Assembly: GCF_000434895.1 (NCBI RefSeq)
Contig: NZ_FR892810.1
Coordinates: forward strand, 1,144 to 65,143
Reading direction: 5' to 3'
DNA from: Phascolarctobacterium succinatutens CAG:287
GTDB lineage: Bacteria > Bacillota > Negativicutes > Acidaminococcales > Acidaminococcaceae
DNA: 64,000 nucleotides
Shown piece by piece: positions 26,837 to 36,588 of this stretch. A program made the translations under genes and the position numbers. Positions within the stretch are counted from its first letter, which is position 1; each line of letters starts with the position of its first letter. The notes under the pieces are model-generated. The model was not told where the DNA came from. It worked only from the letters and a program-made list of their open reading frames with translations, and ran no database searches.

Positions 26837-26883
26837 ATTAGACTACTTGTTTATTATAACAGATTCTTATCTAAATTGCAAGA

Positions 26884-26973
26884 CCCTATTATAATTTTTT
26901 AATGGCGGAAAGGGTGGGATTCGAACCCACGGAAGGCTTGCACCTTCGCTAGTTTTCAAGACTAGAGCCTTCA
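26884..26973 (-). tRNA. tRNA-Ser (anticodon UGA)
   Basis: Minus-strand GGAAAGGTGGCCGAGTGGTTGAAGGCTCTAGTCTTGAAAACTAGCGAAGGTGCAAGCCTTCCGTGGGTTCGAATCCCACCCTTTCCGCCA. Anticodon loop CTTGAAA (TGA), long variable arm, encoded CCA. Confidence 0.85.
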
Positions 26974-27061
26974 ACCACTCGGCCACCTTTCCATCAGAAT
27001 TTTATTATACTTTAAAAACACGCTTACGTCAAGTACTTCTACCGCACCGAGCAATAAAGCC

Positions 27062-27694
27062 TTATTGCAACGCTTTATCCGTTACTGCAAGCAAACGGTT
27101 TTCCAAAGTCTCTGCCTCTGCCAAAAGCTGCTTCAGCTCTGCTGCAGCCTGCGCATTCCACGCTTCATCCTTGGTCAGTCCCAGGTTAATGCGCACATTG
27201 TACTCCGCACAGCGCAGCGCCGCACGCGCCAACAAACCGCTGCAAGCACCGTCAGTAATCACGCCGGGGTTTCCTGCCACTACCAGCCTGTCTGCCAGCT
27301 TCAGGACAGCAAAGGAGCTGCGGGCAATGTTCAGCGGTACGGTTGCCGCCTGCTTTGCTGCAGTGCGGATTGCCGCTGTACGTGCTGCCTTTTCTTCGTC
27401 GGTAGTCTTGGGCAGCTTATAACAGCTCATAAAGCTGTTGAAAACAGCGGCATCATCGTCTGCCAGCTGCAAAAGACGTACACGCTCTGCTTCCGCCTGC
27501 TTCAGCAGCTCTTTGACCTCCGGCTCGTGGTCGGCGAACTTTTCCTTGCCAATTGTCAGATTAGCAACCATGGAAGCAAGTGCTGCCGCCAAAGCGCCGG
27601 CCATAGCAGCGCCGCCGCCACCGCCAGGGGCGGGCGCGGCGCTTGCAAGCTCAGTTAAAAATTCCTTACAGCTTAAATCGCCAAGCTTATTCAT
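27062..27694 (-). CDS. cyclodeaminase/cyclohydrolase family protein (formiminotransferase-cyclodeaminase C-terminal-like)
   Basis: PAPGGGGGAAMAGALAAALASMVANLTIGKEKF is the hallmark motif of the FTCD_C / methenyl-THF cyclohydrolase family. All-helical, about 210 aa. Confidence 0.7.
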   Translation of the reverse strand: MNKLGDLSCKEFLTELASAAPAPGGGGGAAMAGALAAALASMVANLTIGKEKFADHEPEVKELLKQAEAERVRLLQLADDDAAVFNSFMSCYKLPKTTDEEKAARTAAIRTAAKQAATVPLNIARSSFAVLKLADRLVVAGNPGVITDGACSGLLARAALRCAEYNVRINLGLTKDEAWNAQAAAELKQLLAEAETLENRLLAVTDKALQ

Positions 27695-28104
27695 TAATTT
27701 ACTTCCTCATTTTTCTTCAGCCATCTGCGTACCTGCACAACAGCAGCATATGCATCAAGCGGCTCCGGCGGCACCAAAAGACCTAACGGCACCAGCCTGC
27801 GCCAACCCTTCGGAGGGTTCTCCTGCCAATACAGGCTACGGGCCTCTTCCGTACTGTATGCTTCACCGACAAGCTCCGGTACCAAATCCGGATAAAGCTC
27901 ACGCAAAACTGCGCCTATAGCCTTATTATTGGTACCGTTGCCCATAATAATTCCCTGCAGCTTAGCTGAACCGACAAACTGTCGCAGCTCTGCAGCAAGA
28001 TTATCCGTCATAGCGATATGCAGGCTCAAGATTTTGCCATCAGCGGCAACTAATGCCAATCCTGTTTTGCTGCGCCCCGGATCTACGCCAAGATAACTAC
28101 TCAT
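27694..28104 (-). CDS. RNase H-fold resolvase-like protein (RuvC/YqgF-like)
   Basis: N-terminus YLGVDPGRSKTGLALV resembles the RuvC/YqgF LGIDPGxxxxGxAV motif. Short (136 aa). Overlaps neighbours at both ends. Function uncertain. Confidence 0.4.
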   Translation of the reverse strand: MSSYLGVDPGRSKTGLALVAADGKILSLHIAMTDNLAAELRQFVGSAKLQGIIMGNGTNNKAIGAVLRELYPDLVPELVGEAYSTEEARSLYWQENPPKGWRRLVPLGLLVPPEPLDAYAAVVQVRRWLKKNEEVN

Positions 28105-29275
28105 TGACCGGAACCACCTCCAGCCTTACCCTTACAGGTCCGGCTGTCGTAATATCGCCTTTAGCATAAGCACGCAGAATAAAGCTGCCTCTGGTACGAC
28201 GCATCGAATTTGCTGCTTCAATCATCGTAGCTGCATCCATACTGCCAACCTTACCCGTCATCGGATCCGGCAGCACACCGGCCTTTACTGCATTATGGTT
28301 AATCTGTGTCAGGAATTCCATAAGCACGCTTTCATAGCTCGAGCCGTTATTACCAAGATTATACTGCTCACTGAAAATCAAGGTTCCGTCAGGATAAACG
28401 AGCTGATTATCTACCATTTCAATATCGCATACTGCCAGCTCGCCAACTATGATATTAGCAACAGCACGGATACGGAAAAGCATATTACCCTTGCTTTTAT
28501 CCAATCTTGCTACAGCATTATCGACAACGTTTTTACCAATCCAGATAGCCTGCAGAGGCTTTTGTTCATCGTGGATAACACCCAAGCGCTGCAATGCTGC
28601 TTCATTTGCATTTTGCAACAGCCAGTTCATCTGAATCATGTTTTCCTCATGCTTCAGACCACCGCGCATAATACCGGCAAAGACAACCTCACCGGCGCGG
28701 TAATATACCTGGCCTTCACGCATATTGATGATACCCTTACGCAAAGCCTCGGTGGTTTTTTCCAGCTCGTCAATTTCATTCGTCAGCTGCAGCTTGGAAT
28801 GTGTAAGCGAATTTACCTCATTCTGTGCCTGGCTGTACATGTCATTAACCTGGGCCAGCTTGATTTCCATCGCATCATTTTCGGCAACTGCTTCTTTGAT
28901 TTTAGCATCAAGCTCACTGATTTTTTTATTCTGCTCATCAACCTTGCCTTTGGCCTGCTCAAGTGCAGCATTCGTATCTGCCTTTTCTTTGTTTAAAAGC
29001 AGCAGCTCCTGCTGAATTTTTTCCATGCCAAACAAGGCTGTACGCGCACTCTGTGATGCTATTGCCATAACACTGATAGTCAGAACAGCAATAATGGTAC
29101 CGCCGAGTACTGTAAGTAATATTGACGTATGCTTTGGACGCAGGCCAAATACCGACATTCTCTTCTTGCCTATTTTACTGCCCATTTTATCGGCAAGATA
29201 GGCAATCAGGCCACCTACAACGGCCATAATGATAATTAATCTTATACCTACCAAGTACTCACCTCCATGACTCAC
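28097..29275 (-). CDS. DUF3084-like membrane-anchored coiled-coil protein
   Basis: N-terminal TM helix, long coiled-coil (EQAKGKVDEQNKKISELDAKIKEA...), conserved C-terminal globular part. Architecture matches DUF3084 proteins of Negativicutes and cyanobacteria. Call made from architecture only. Confidence 0.45.
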   Translation of the reverse strand: MSHGGEYLVGIRLIIIMAVVGGLIAYLADKMGSKIGKKRMSVFGLRPKHTSILLTVLGGTIIAVLTISVMAIASQSARTALFGMEKIQQELLLLNKEKADTNAALEQAKGKVDEQNKKISELDAKIKEAVAENDAMEIKLAQVNDMYSQAQNEVNSLTHSKLQLTNEIDELEKTTEALRKGIINMREGQVYYRAGEVVFAGIMRGGLKHEENMIQMNWLLQNANEAALQRLGVIHDEQKPLQAIWIGKNVVDNAVARLDKSKGNMLFRIRAVANIIVGELAVCDIEMVDNQLVYPDGTLIFSEQYNLGNNGSSYESVLMEFLTQINHNAVKAGVLPDPMTGKVGSMDAATMIEAANSMRRTRGSFILRAYAKGDITTAGPVRVRLEVVPVNE

Positions 29276-29288
29276 TCATCTAAATTAT

Positions 29289-30380
29289 TTAGGCATTTTT
29301 CTTTTTCATCAGATAAAGACCTGCGCCTAAGCAAAGAATATTAGGCAGCATGCAGGCCAGCAGCGGCGGCATTGCACCACCCTTGCCCAATCCGGTAGTA
29401 AAGGTCATTACCGCGTAATAGATAAATATTACGATAATACTGATGCCAAGGCCAATAGAAGAGCTGGTACGCTGCTTTTGAGTACCCAGGCAGGCACCAA
29501 TCATAGCAAAGAAGAAGCTTGCCAGCGGAATATTGATTCTCATAAAGATTTCGCACCATTGACGTGCTGCCGAGGAATGCTGGGATTCCAGCATACTGAT
29601 ATATTCGCGTAATTCGCGGATAGTCATTTCCTCAGGCTCCTTTTGCTCCCAGGAAATCTGCTTAGGCGAGAAGTTCAAAGGAATAATCTGTTCCTTGAAT
29701 TTGGCACTGCTTTGTACGCCATCCTTGTCATCCAACGCAAAAACGTTGCCATCTACAATACGCCAGCTGCCGTTTTCCCAGTAGCCTTCCTTAGCAGTCT
29801 GAATGCGGGAAATCTTGCCCTTATTGAACTCTTCAATAGTGATATCGGTCATCTTGCCAAGCTTTTCATCAAATCTGTTAGCATATGTTACACGCTGGGT
29901 ATCACCGCTGATAGTTTTGATAATAATATGGTCCTGCGTTGTCGGACGCGTATTGTGGCGTATTTCCTCGTTAAGGATCCGTGACGCCGTCGCCTTCGAC
30001 GTAGGCACTACCTTTTCTGCCCAAATTACAGAGAACATGCTGACAAAGAAGCCAACTACCAACACCGGTGCAACAATACGGTAGTAGCTGATACCACCGG
30101 CCTTCATTGCCGTAATCTCACTGGAACCGGAAAGCTTGCCAAAGGCCATCAGCGCCGCCAACAGCATAGACATCGGGAAGGTGTAGTTGATGATCTCCGG
30201 CAGATTATACATAAATAAACGTGCTACAGTCTCCAGCGGAGCACCGTATTTAGTCATGTATTGCGTAATTTTAAACAGCATCGTGCTGGCAATAAAAATA
30301 CTGGAGAAAGCAGCGATGCCGAAAACGAAGGGGTATAAAAGCTCCTTCAGTACATAACGGTCTAATAATCGTAAGCGCAC
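29289..30380 (-). CDS. LPS export ABC transporter permease (LptF/LptG, YjgP/YjgQ family)
   Basis: N-terminus MRLRLLDRYVLKELLYPFVFGIAAFSSIF is typical of LptF/G. Six TM helices with a large periplasmic beta-jellyroll insert. Adjacent to lptB. Confidence 0.8.
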   Translation of the reverse strand: MRLRLLDRYVLKELLYPFVFGIAAFSSIFIASTMLFKITQYMTKYGAPLETVARLFMYNLPEIINYTFPMSMLLAALMAFGKLSGSSEITAMKAGGISYYRIVAPVLVVGFFVSMFSVIWAEKVVPTSKATASRILNEEIRHNTRPTTQDHIIIKTISGDTQRVTYANRFDEKLGKMTDITIEEFNKGKISRIQTAKEGYWENGSWRIVDGNVFALDDKDGVQSSAKFKEQIIPLNFSPKQISWEQKEPEEMTIRELREYISMLESQHSSAARQWCEIFMRINIPLASFFFAMIGACLGTQKQRTSSSIGLGISIIVIFIYYAVMTFTTGLGKGGAMPPLLACMLPNILCLGAGLYLMKKKNA

Positions 30381-30394
30381 TTTTCTTCCTCCTG

Positions 30395-31114
30395 TTACAT
30401 GCTAAAGTTATCGCCAAGATAATATTTACGCGCAACGGGATCATTAGCGATTGTTTCGCTGTCACCATGCAGCAAAATATGACCTTCAGCCAAAATATAG
30501 GCCTTATCAACGATGCTCAATGTTTCACGAACGTTATGGTCCGTAATCAGCACGCCGATGCCACGCTGTGCCAGATGTGCAATCATGCCCTGGATATCCG
30601 CTACGGCGATAGGATCGATGCCGGCAAACGGTTCGTCCAGCAGAATGAAGGCCGGGTCGGTAGCCAGCGCACGAGCAATCTCTACGCGGCGACGTTCACC
30701 GCCGGAAAGCGCCTTGCCTTCACTCTTGCGTACATGATTCAGACGGAACTCATCCAGCAGAGCGTTCATCTTCGCTTCTCGCTCGGATGCATTCAAATCA
30801 GTTGTTTCCAGAATCGCCATGATGTTATCTTCTACCGTCATTTTGCTGAAAATAGAAGCCTCCTGCGGCAGATAGCCGATACCTGCACGCGCTCTTTGAT
30901 ACATGGGCATTGCGGAAATATCCTTGCCGTCAAGCATCACGGTACCTGCATCAGGCTTTTCAATACCGACAATCATATAGAAGGTTGTCGTCTTGCCGGC
31001 ACCGTTAGGACCGAGAAGTCCTACTACGCTGCCCTGCTCTACGCTGATGCTTACTCCGTCAACAACGTGACGGGTATTATAAATTTTTACCAGATTATCT
31101 GTTGTTATAACCAA
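30395..31114 (-). CDS. lptB: LPS export ABC transporter ATP-binding protein
   Basis: Walker [10 protein letters not shown], signature [15 protein letters not shown], Walker B ILLDEP, H-loop. About 240 aa. Follows lptA/lptC as in canonical lptCAB. Confidence 0.9.
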   Translation of the reverse strand: MVITTDNLVKIYNTRHVVDGVSISVEQGSVVGLLGPNGAGKTTTFYMIVGIEKPDAGTVMLDGKDISAMPMYQRARAGIGYLPQEASIFSKMTVEDNIMAILETTDLNASEREAKMNALLDEFRLNHVRKSEGKALSGGERRRVEIARALATDPAFILLDEPFAGIDPIAVADIQGMIAHLAQRGIGVLITDHNVRETLSIVDKAYILAEGHILLHGDSETIANDPVARKYYLGDNFSM

Positions 31115-31132
31115 AACTTTGCCCTCCGCTTC

Positions 31133-31903
31133 TTAGGCTAAAGCTTTATCATCTGCGCTCTGCTTTTCTTTACCGGGCAGCGCAGGCTGCTTTTCAGGAA
31201 TATAGATAATATCTACATTACCGTCGGCAATAGCCACGTTGGTATTGGTCAGGCGCAGCTTGTCGCCGGCAACGCTGTTGCCATTCTGGGTTGCTTTGGC
31301 ATTGCCGATAAGCTCTACGTAACCGCTGTTATCAGTTTTGTAGACAGCGCTGTCAGCAGAAGCTGTCAGGCTACGCGCATCGCTACGGATATCAACACCG
31401 CCATAAGCATTGGCAACACCCTGTGCCATATTGTAATCAATTCTTGCCGCATTCAACACACTGCCGTCGCTGTCGGTAAGACGCGCCCAGCCGCCGATTG
31501 TTTCGGCAAATTCGCGCGCCTTGTAGTAATCAACTCTGTCAGAGCTCAGGCTTTTGCCTGCTTTGGTAATCATAGCGCCGCCTACGGCAGACAGGTCATT
31601 TTCATTGTGCACGATAAACTCATTGCACACAATATGTGCGTCATCGCGGTCAGCAATAACATTGCCGGTTAAAACACCGCTCTTGCTTTTGCTGTTGAAT
31701 TTGGCGTAGTCGGCAGTAGCTCTGCCGCCATCCTGCATCAATACAACATTTCCTTTTGCCACAGCTTCACCGCTGCCCAGATCGTATTCCAGCTCATCAG
31801 CCTTAACGCTGAAATTGCCCGGAGCCGCAAAAGCAGTTGCTGTTATGCCTGCTGCCAGCATAGCTGCCGCCAGTGTCAGCAGTAATCTATTTTTGTAAGC
31901 CAT
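31133..31903 (-). CDS. lptA: LptA/OstA-family periplasmic LPS transport protein
   Basis: Signal peptide then OstA-like beta-jellyroll repeats (GNVVLMQDGGRATADYAKFNSKS, GNVIADRDDAHI). Start set at ATG 31903 (RBS GGAGAAAGG), 1 nt after the lptC stop. Confidence 0.7.
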   Translation of the reverse strand: MAYKNRLLLTLAAAMLAAGITATAFAAPGNFSVKADELEYDLGSGEAVAKGNVVLMQDGGRATADYAKFNSKSKSGVLTGNVIADRDDAHIVCNEFIVHNENDLSAVGGAMITKAGKSLSSDRVDYYKAREFAETIGGWARLTDSDGSVLNAARIDYNMAQGVANAYGGVDIRSDARSLTASADSAVYKTDNSGYVELIGNAKATQNGNSVAGDKLRLTNTNVAIADGNVDIIYIPEKQPALPGKEKQSADDKALA

Positions 31904-31904
31904 C

Positions 31905-32459
31905 TTATTCGCCGCCTTTCTCCACTTTAGCATTACCCTTAAGCTTAATATGCTTAAAAGCACTGGTAGTTACAGCACTATCCGCAGTTGCGGTATAGGC
32001 ATCCTTATGCATTTTAAAATGTCCTGTTGCCGTAATAAGCTCTTTTTCTTGATTCCAGCTTATTTTATCGGCATAAAGCTCGCCGCCGGTATTCAGTACA
32101 GCCTTAATATTACCCTCCAGGAAAAAGTCATTGCTCTTCATGCCGGCACTGCCTTTATCGGCAGAAATATCGATAAAGCTGCCGTCCGCACGATAAACTT
32201 TGCCTTTGATGCCCTTCAGATAGGCTGTGTTTTTAGCCTTATCGTTAACGACCTCTTCTACTGTAAACTCCCACAGCTTTTTGCCATCCTTTTCCCTTTT
32301 AACCATACTGTTTTTTAAGGAAGCATTAATCTGCGCTGTAACACCATCACCCGGTTTTACAGTTATAGGTTTATCGCCGCTCAGCATCAGCCAGGCAATA
32401 ATTGCACCGGCAATTACAATGCCTGCCAATACTGACAGAATTACTTTCTTATTTTTCAT
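31905..32459 (-). CDS. lptC: LptC-like LPS export protein
   Basis: N-terminal TM anchor (ILSVLAGIVIAGAIIAWLM) plus a beta-jellyroll of about 150 aa. Positioned immediately upstream of lptA/lptB. Confidence 0.65.
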   Translation of the reverse strand: MKNKKVILSVLAGIVIAGAIIAWLMLSGDKPITVKPGDGVTAQINASLKNSMVKREKDGKKLWEFTVEEVVNDKAKNTAYLKGIKGKVYRADGSFIDISADKGSAGMKSNDFFLEGNIKAVLNTGGELYADKISWNQEKELITATGHFKMHKDAYTATADSAVTTSAFKHIKLKGNAKVEKGGE

Positions 32460-33351
32460 CTGGCTGCTTTTCCTCCTCCGGTGGGGTGTATGGTGTATTC
32501 CAGCGATGCTGGAACCACAACCAGTTATCAGGATATTCCTTGATTATTTTTTCAACTTCCTGAGTCATTTTCAGGGTAACATTATAATCATCCAGCTTTT
32601 GGTCGCCGGTGAATTCATAATGGATAGGGTCGCGTACAATCGCTTTATGGCCATAGCCGTCAGGCTTACGTACTATAAAAATCGGCACAATAGGTGCTTT
32701 GAATTTACGGGAAAAATATGCCGGACCGTTAGGTGTAGATGCCATCTTACCCAGGAAGGGAACGAAAATGCCATCATAACCGCCATCCTGGTCAGCTATC
32801 AGTCCCAGCATACGGCCCTTCTTCATAGCTCGCGCACAGCCAAGGATTTCACTTGTACCGCGTGAAAAGATTTCCTGGCCAACGCCCTTGCGCAGCTCAT
32901 TCATAAAATCACTATACACACGATTGGGCTGCGGTTTTTCTACTGCACTCAGCGGAAAACCGTTCAGCGCCAGTGCAGCGCCCAGCCATTCCCAGTTATC
33001 CATATGGCAGGCCAGCATAACAACGCCATGCTTCTCCTTAAGCGCATCCCACAGGACCTCCGGACGGTCAAAGGTTACCAGACCGCGGATATTGTCCTTG
33101 TTCAGTGCCGGCATGTACATGATTTCCATAAAGGTTATGCCAAGCTTCACAAACAGCGATTTGATTGTAGCCTCAGCCTGCTCCTGACTATAGCCTAAAC
33201 GCTCGCGGATAGTTTCCTCAGCACGCACACGCTGCTTCTTGGCAATTTTATGATAGAGGTGGCCCATAACCTTACCAATAACCACAACTGCCTTATAGGG
33301 CAGCCAGGAAATTACGGTACTCATAGTTTTTAATAAATAATAAAGCCACAT
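32449..33351 (-). CDS. lipid A biosynthesis (Kdo-dependent) acyltransferase, LpxL/HtrB family
   Basis: LPLAT/LpxL family blocks (VVMLACHMDNWEWLG ... GLIADQDGG ... PNGPAYFSRKFKAPIVP). About 300 aa. Within the kds/lpt cluster. Confidence 0.75.
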   Translation of the reverse strand: MWLYYLLKTMSTVISWLPYKAVVVIGKVMGHLYHKIAKKQRVRAEETIRERLGYSQEQAEATIKSLFVKLGITFMEIMYMPALNKDNIRGLVTFDRPEVLWDALKEKHGVVMLACHMDNWEWLGAALALNGFPLSAVEKPQPNRVYSDFMNELRKGVGQEIFSRGTSEILGCARAMKKGRMLGLIADQDGGYDGIFVPFLGKMASTPNGPAYFSRKFKAPIVPIFIVRKPDGYGHKAIVRDPIHYEFTGDQKLDDYNVTLKMTQEVEKIIKEYPDNWLWFQHRWNTPYTPPEEEKQPDEK

Positions 33352-34031
33352 TATTGTCTATCTCCTTGTCCGGAATTAATGTAGGAATCAATAACAGACT
33401 CCAACTTTCCCTGTGCATCTAACAGCAGATCAACAGCCTCTCTTACAGCACCTTTACCGCCATCATTAATCAATACAAAGTCACACATATCAATTACTGC
33501 ATCAGCAGCATCGGCCGGAGCAAAGGACAGTCCGCAAATATTCATAGGTGCAAGGTCATTGAGGTCATCGCCTACATAAGCAATTTCCTCTAAATCAAGT
33601 CTGTAGGAATCAGCTATTTTTTCTAACGCCGCTGCCTTATCACGCACACCCTCCAGTACGCAGGTAATGCCTAATTCCGCAGCCCTTCTGCGTACAATCT
33701 CGCTTTTACGCCCGGTAATTATGCAAACATCAATGCCGTTGCGCATAGCATAGCTTATGCCCATGCCATCCTTAGCATTAAAGCCCTTGAACAGCTCACC
33801 GTCATTGCCCATGTAAATTGTGCCATCAGTCAGCACGCCATCTACATCAAGAGCCAGCATACGAATCCCTTGTGCTGCATCAGCAAACTCTTCCATGAAC
33901 TCATCGAATTCACAGAAATCATCATCCTCGTCATCTTCATCAAATATAGATTCTATCTCATCATCAAAAGACAACATTTCTTCATGTTTGTTTTGCTTAT
34001 TGCCAAAGGGAAATTCTAAGATTTTTTTCAT
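33351..34031 (-). CDS. kdsC: 3-deoxy-D-manno-octulosonate 8-phosphate phosphatase (HAD family) with acidic N-terminal extension
   Basis: HAD motif I LALDVDGVLTD, plus ITGRKS and YVGDDLNDL motifs of KdsC. Preceded by an unusual D/E-rich extension of about 50 aa (FDDEIESIFDEDDEDDDFCEFDEFMEEF). Confidence 0.8.
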   Translation of the reverse strand: MKKILEFPFGNKQNKHEEMLSFDDEIESIFDEDDEDDDFCEFDEFMEEFADAAQGIRMLALDVDGVLTDGTIYMGNDGELFKGFNAKDGMGISYAMRNGIDVCIITGRKSEIVRRRAAELGITCVLEGVRDKAAALEKIADSYRLDLEEIAYVGDDLNDLAPMNICGLSFAPADAADAVIDMCDFVLINDGGKGAVREAVDLLLDAQGKLESVIDSYINSGQGDRQ

Positions 34032-35005
34032 TACACCACTCCCTGTCTTACCAGGTCGGTCATATGCAGCAGGCCTATAACCTTATTGTCTTTGTCAATA
34101 ACAGGCAACACGGTAATCGGTTTCGGTTTGTTGCTTTCCATAAGATGCAGAGCCTGCGCTGCCAGCTTGTCTTCGGTAATTGTTTTCGGAGATTTCGTCA
34201 TCAGCTCGCAAACAGGACGCTGCAGGAAATCAACACCCTTGCTCAGACCGCGGCGGATATCACCATCAGTCAGCACACCCTGCATAACGCCGTCTGCATC
34301 CACAACGGATACAGCACCGAGGCCTTTATCGGTAATAACAAACAATGCATCCTGTACCTTGGTATCTGCCAATACAGTCGGATTATCCTCGCCCTTATGC
34401 ATAATGCTGCCTACAGTCAAAAGCAGCTTGCGTCCCAGGCTGCCGCCCGGATGGAAGATAGCAAACTGGCTTGCGGTAAAGTTATGCTTTTTAAGCAGCG
34501 CCAAGGCCAGCGCATCGCCGTAGGCCAGCGCTGCAGTCGTGCTGCTCGTCGGAGCAAGACCAAGCGGACAAGCCTCCTTGCTGACACCAACATCAAGTAC
34601 CACGTCAGCATTTTTGCCTAAGGTAGAATCAGGCTTGCCGACCATAGCGATAATCTTGGCACCAATGCGGCGCAAAGACGGCAGGATATTCAAAACCTCA
34701 CCGGTTTCACCGCTGTTGGAAAGCGCAATAACAACATCGCTTTCGGTAACCATGCCCAGGTCACCGTGAATGCCCTCTGCAGGATGCAGATAAAAGGACG
34801 GTGTACCTGTGCTGGCTAAGGTTGCTGCCATTTTGCGGCCAATCAGACCGGATTTGCCCATACCGGTAATAACAGTACGGCCCTGGCAATCTAAAATCAG
34901 TTTTACTGCCGCAGCGAAATTTTCATCTACACGCGGCACCAGCTCTAAAACTGCTTCTGCCTCCATGCGCAAAACATCCTGTGCATGCTTTAGCATTGCT
35001 TCCAT
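34031..35005 (-). CDS. kdsD: arabinose-5-phosphate isomerase (SIS + tandem CBS domains)
   Basis: SIS-domain motifs (GRTVITGMGKSGLIGRKMAATLASTGTPSFYLHPAEGIHGDLGM) and C-terminal CBS pair. KpsF/GutQ family. Adjacent to kdsA/kdsC. Confidence 0.9.
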   Translation of the reverse strand: MEAMLKHAQDVLRMEAEAVLELVPRVDENFAAAVKLILDCQGRTVITGMGKSGLIGRKMAATLASTGTPSFYLHPAEGIHGDLGMVTESDVVIALSNSGETGEVLNILPSLRRIGAKIIAMVGKPDSTLGKNADVVLDVGVSKEACPLGLAPTSSTTAALAYGDALALALLKKHNFTASQFAIFHPGGSLGRKLLLTVGSIMHKGEDNPTVLADTKVQDALFVITDKGLGAVSVVDADGVMQGVLTDGDIRRGLSKGVDFLQRPVCELMTKSPKTITEDKLAAQALHLMESNKPKPITVLPVIDKDNKVIGLLHMTDLVRQGVV

Positions 35006-35020
35006 GTTCTCACCCTACCT

Positions 35021-35839
35021 TTAGCCACGTACAATCTTGTCAATGGCAAGTACGTCGGTCAATAATTTTTCCAGATTATCCAGCTTAACCATGTTTGGAC
35101 CATCGCTCAATGCTTCTGCCGGATTATCATGCACCTCTAAGAAAAGAGCATCGATGCCAACAGCAGCAGCAGCACGTGCCATATGCGGAACATATTGGCT
35201 CTGACCACCGCTGGAGGTACCCTGACCGCCAGGAATCTGTACGCTGTGAGTAGCATCCATAACTACGGGATAACCAAGCTCACGCATAATGGCCAGACCA
35301 CGCATATCGGTTACCAATGTGTTGTAGCCGAAGCTTGCACCGCGCTCGGTCAGCATAATGTTATGATTGCCTGCTTCCTCAACCTTTTTGATAACATTCT
35401 TCATGTCCCAAGGTGCGAGGAACTGGCCTTTTTTTACATTAACAGTCTTGCCGGTTTTGGCAGCTGCATAAACCAAATCAGTCTGACGGCACAGGAAAGC
35501 CGGGATTTGCAGAATATCTACAACCTCGGCAGCCTTATCAGCCTGCCAGGGCTCGTGGATATCGGTTACTACAGGAACGCCCAGATCCTTTTTAATCTGT
35601 GCCAGAAGCTTTAAGCCCTCTTCAATGCCGGGTCCGCGGAAAGAAGCATAAGAGGAACGGTTAGCCTTATCAAAGGAAGCCTTAAATACATAGGGAATGC
35701 CCAGCTTGTCGCAGATTGCTTTTGTACGCTGACCAATCATCAGGCTGCGCTCATAGCCTTCGAGCACGCAGGGACCTGCCATCAGCATCAGGGGATGGCC
35801 CTGACCTACTTCATAATTACCAACTTTAACGATTTGCAT
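35021..35839 (-). CDS. kdsA: 2-dehydro-3-deoxyphosphooctonate aldolase (Kdo-8-phosphate synthase)
   Basis: DAHP/KDO8P synthase TIM-barrel motifs ([32 protein letters not shown]). About 270 aa. Confidence 0.9.
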   Translation of the reverse strand: MQIVKVGNYEVGQGHPLMLMAGPCVLEGYERSLMIGQRTKAICDKLGIPYVFKASFDKANRSSYASFRGPGIEEGLKLLAQIKKDLGVPVVTDIHEPWQADKAAEVVDILQIPAFLCRQTDLVYAAAKTGKTVNVKKGQFLAPWDMKNVIKKVEEAGNHNIMLTERGASFGYNTLVTDMRGLAIMRELGYPVVMDATHSVQIPGGQGTSSGGQSQYVPHMARAAAAVGIDALFLEVHDNPAEALSDGPNMVKLDNLEKLLTDVLAIDKIVRG

Positions 35840-35853
35840 AAGTATCCTCCAGC

Positions 35854-36588
35854 TTATTTATTCATTTTAGCAAACAGCTCATTGACTGCTGCCAAATCCT
35901 CGGGGGTATCAACACCGATGCCCTGGAAATCGCTTTCCAGAACTTTAATCTTATAACCATTTTCCAGCGCACGCAGCTGCTCCAGGCTTTCCGCTCTTTC
36001 CAGCGGTGTCGGCTGCAGTGCTGCATATTTCAGCAGGAAGCTGCGGCGGTAAGCATAAATGCCTACATGCTTGTAAACCTTGTAGCCTTCAGGCTTATTG
36101 CGCGGATACGGCATCAGGCTGCGGGAGAAATACAGTGCATAGCCGTTAAGGTCGGTTACAACCTTTACGGCAGCAGGATTGTTGTAATCCTCCTCGTCCA
36201 TAGCAACCTTCAATGTTGCCATCTGCAGCTCGCTGTCACCGGTAAAGCATTCAGCAAGACGGTCAATAACCTCAGCCGGAATCATCGGCTCATCACCCTG
36301 TACGTTAACAATAACATCAACATCAGGATAGTTCAGCGCTACCTCGGCCAAACGGTCAGTGCCGCTCGGATGGTCGGGAGAAGTCATCATTGCTTTGCCG
36401 CCAAAGCTGTCTACAGCCTTTTTGACAAGCTCATTATCAGTAGCTACAACTACCTCGTCCGGCAGCTTAGCCTGACAGGCACGCTCATAAACGTGCTGAA
36501 TCATCGGCTTGCCTGCAATCAGGGAAAGCGGTTTGCCCGGAAGACGGGTAGAAGCATAACGTGCGGGAATTACGCATAAAACTTTCAT
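35854..36588 (-). CDS. kdsB: 3-deoxy-manno-octulosonate cytidylyltransferase (CMP-Kdo synthetase)
   Basis: N-terminus [20 protein letters not shown] plus IVNVQGDEP motif of KdsB. About 245 aa. Confidence 0.9.
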   Translation of the reverse strand: MKVLCVIPARYASTRLPGKPLSLIAGKPMIQHVYERACQAKLPDEVVVATDNELVKKAVDSFGGKAMMTSPDHPSGTDRLAEVALNYPDVDVIVNVQGDEPMIPAEVIDRLAECFTGDSELQMATLKVAMDEEDYNNPAAVKVVTDLNGYALYFSRSLMPYPRNKPEGYKVYKHVGIYAYRRSFLLKYAALQPTPLERAESLEQLRALENGYKIKVLESDFQGIGVDTPEDLAAVNELFAKMNK

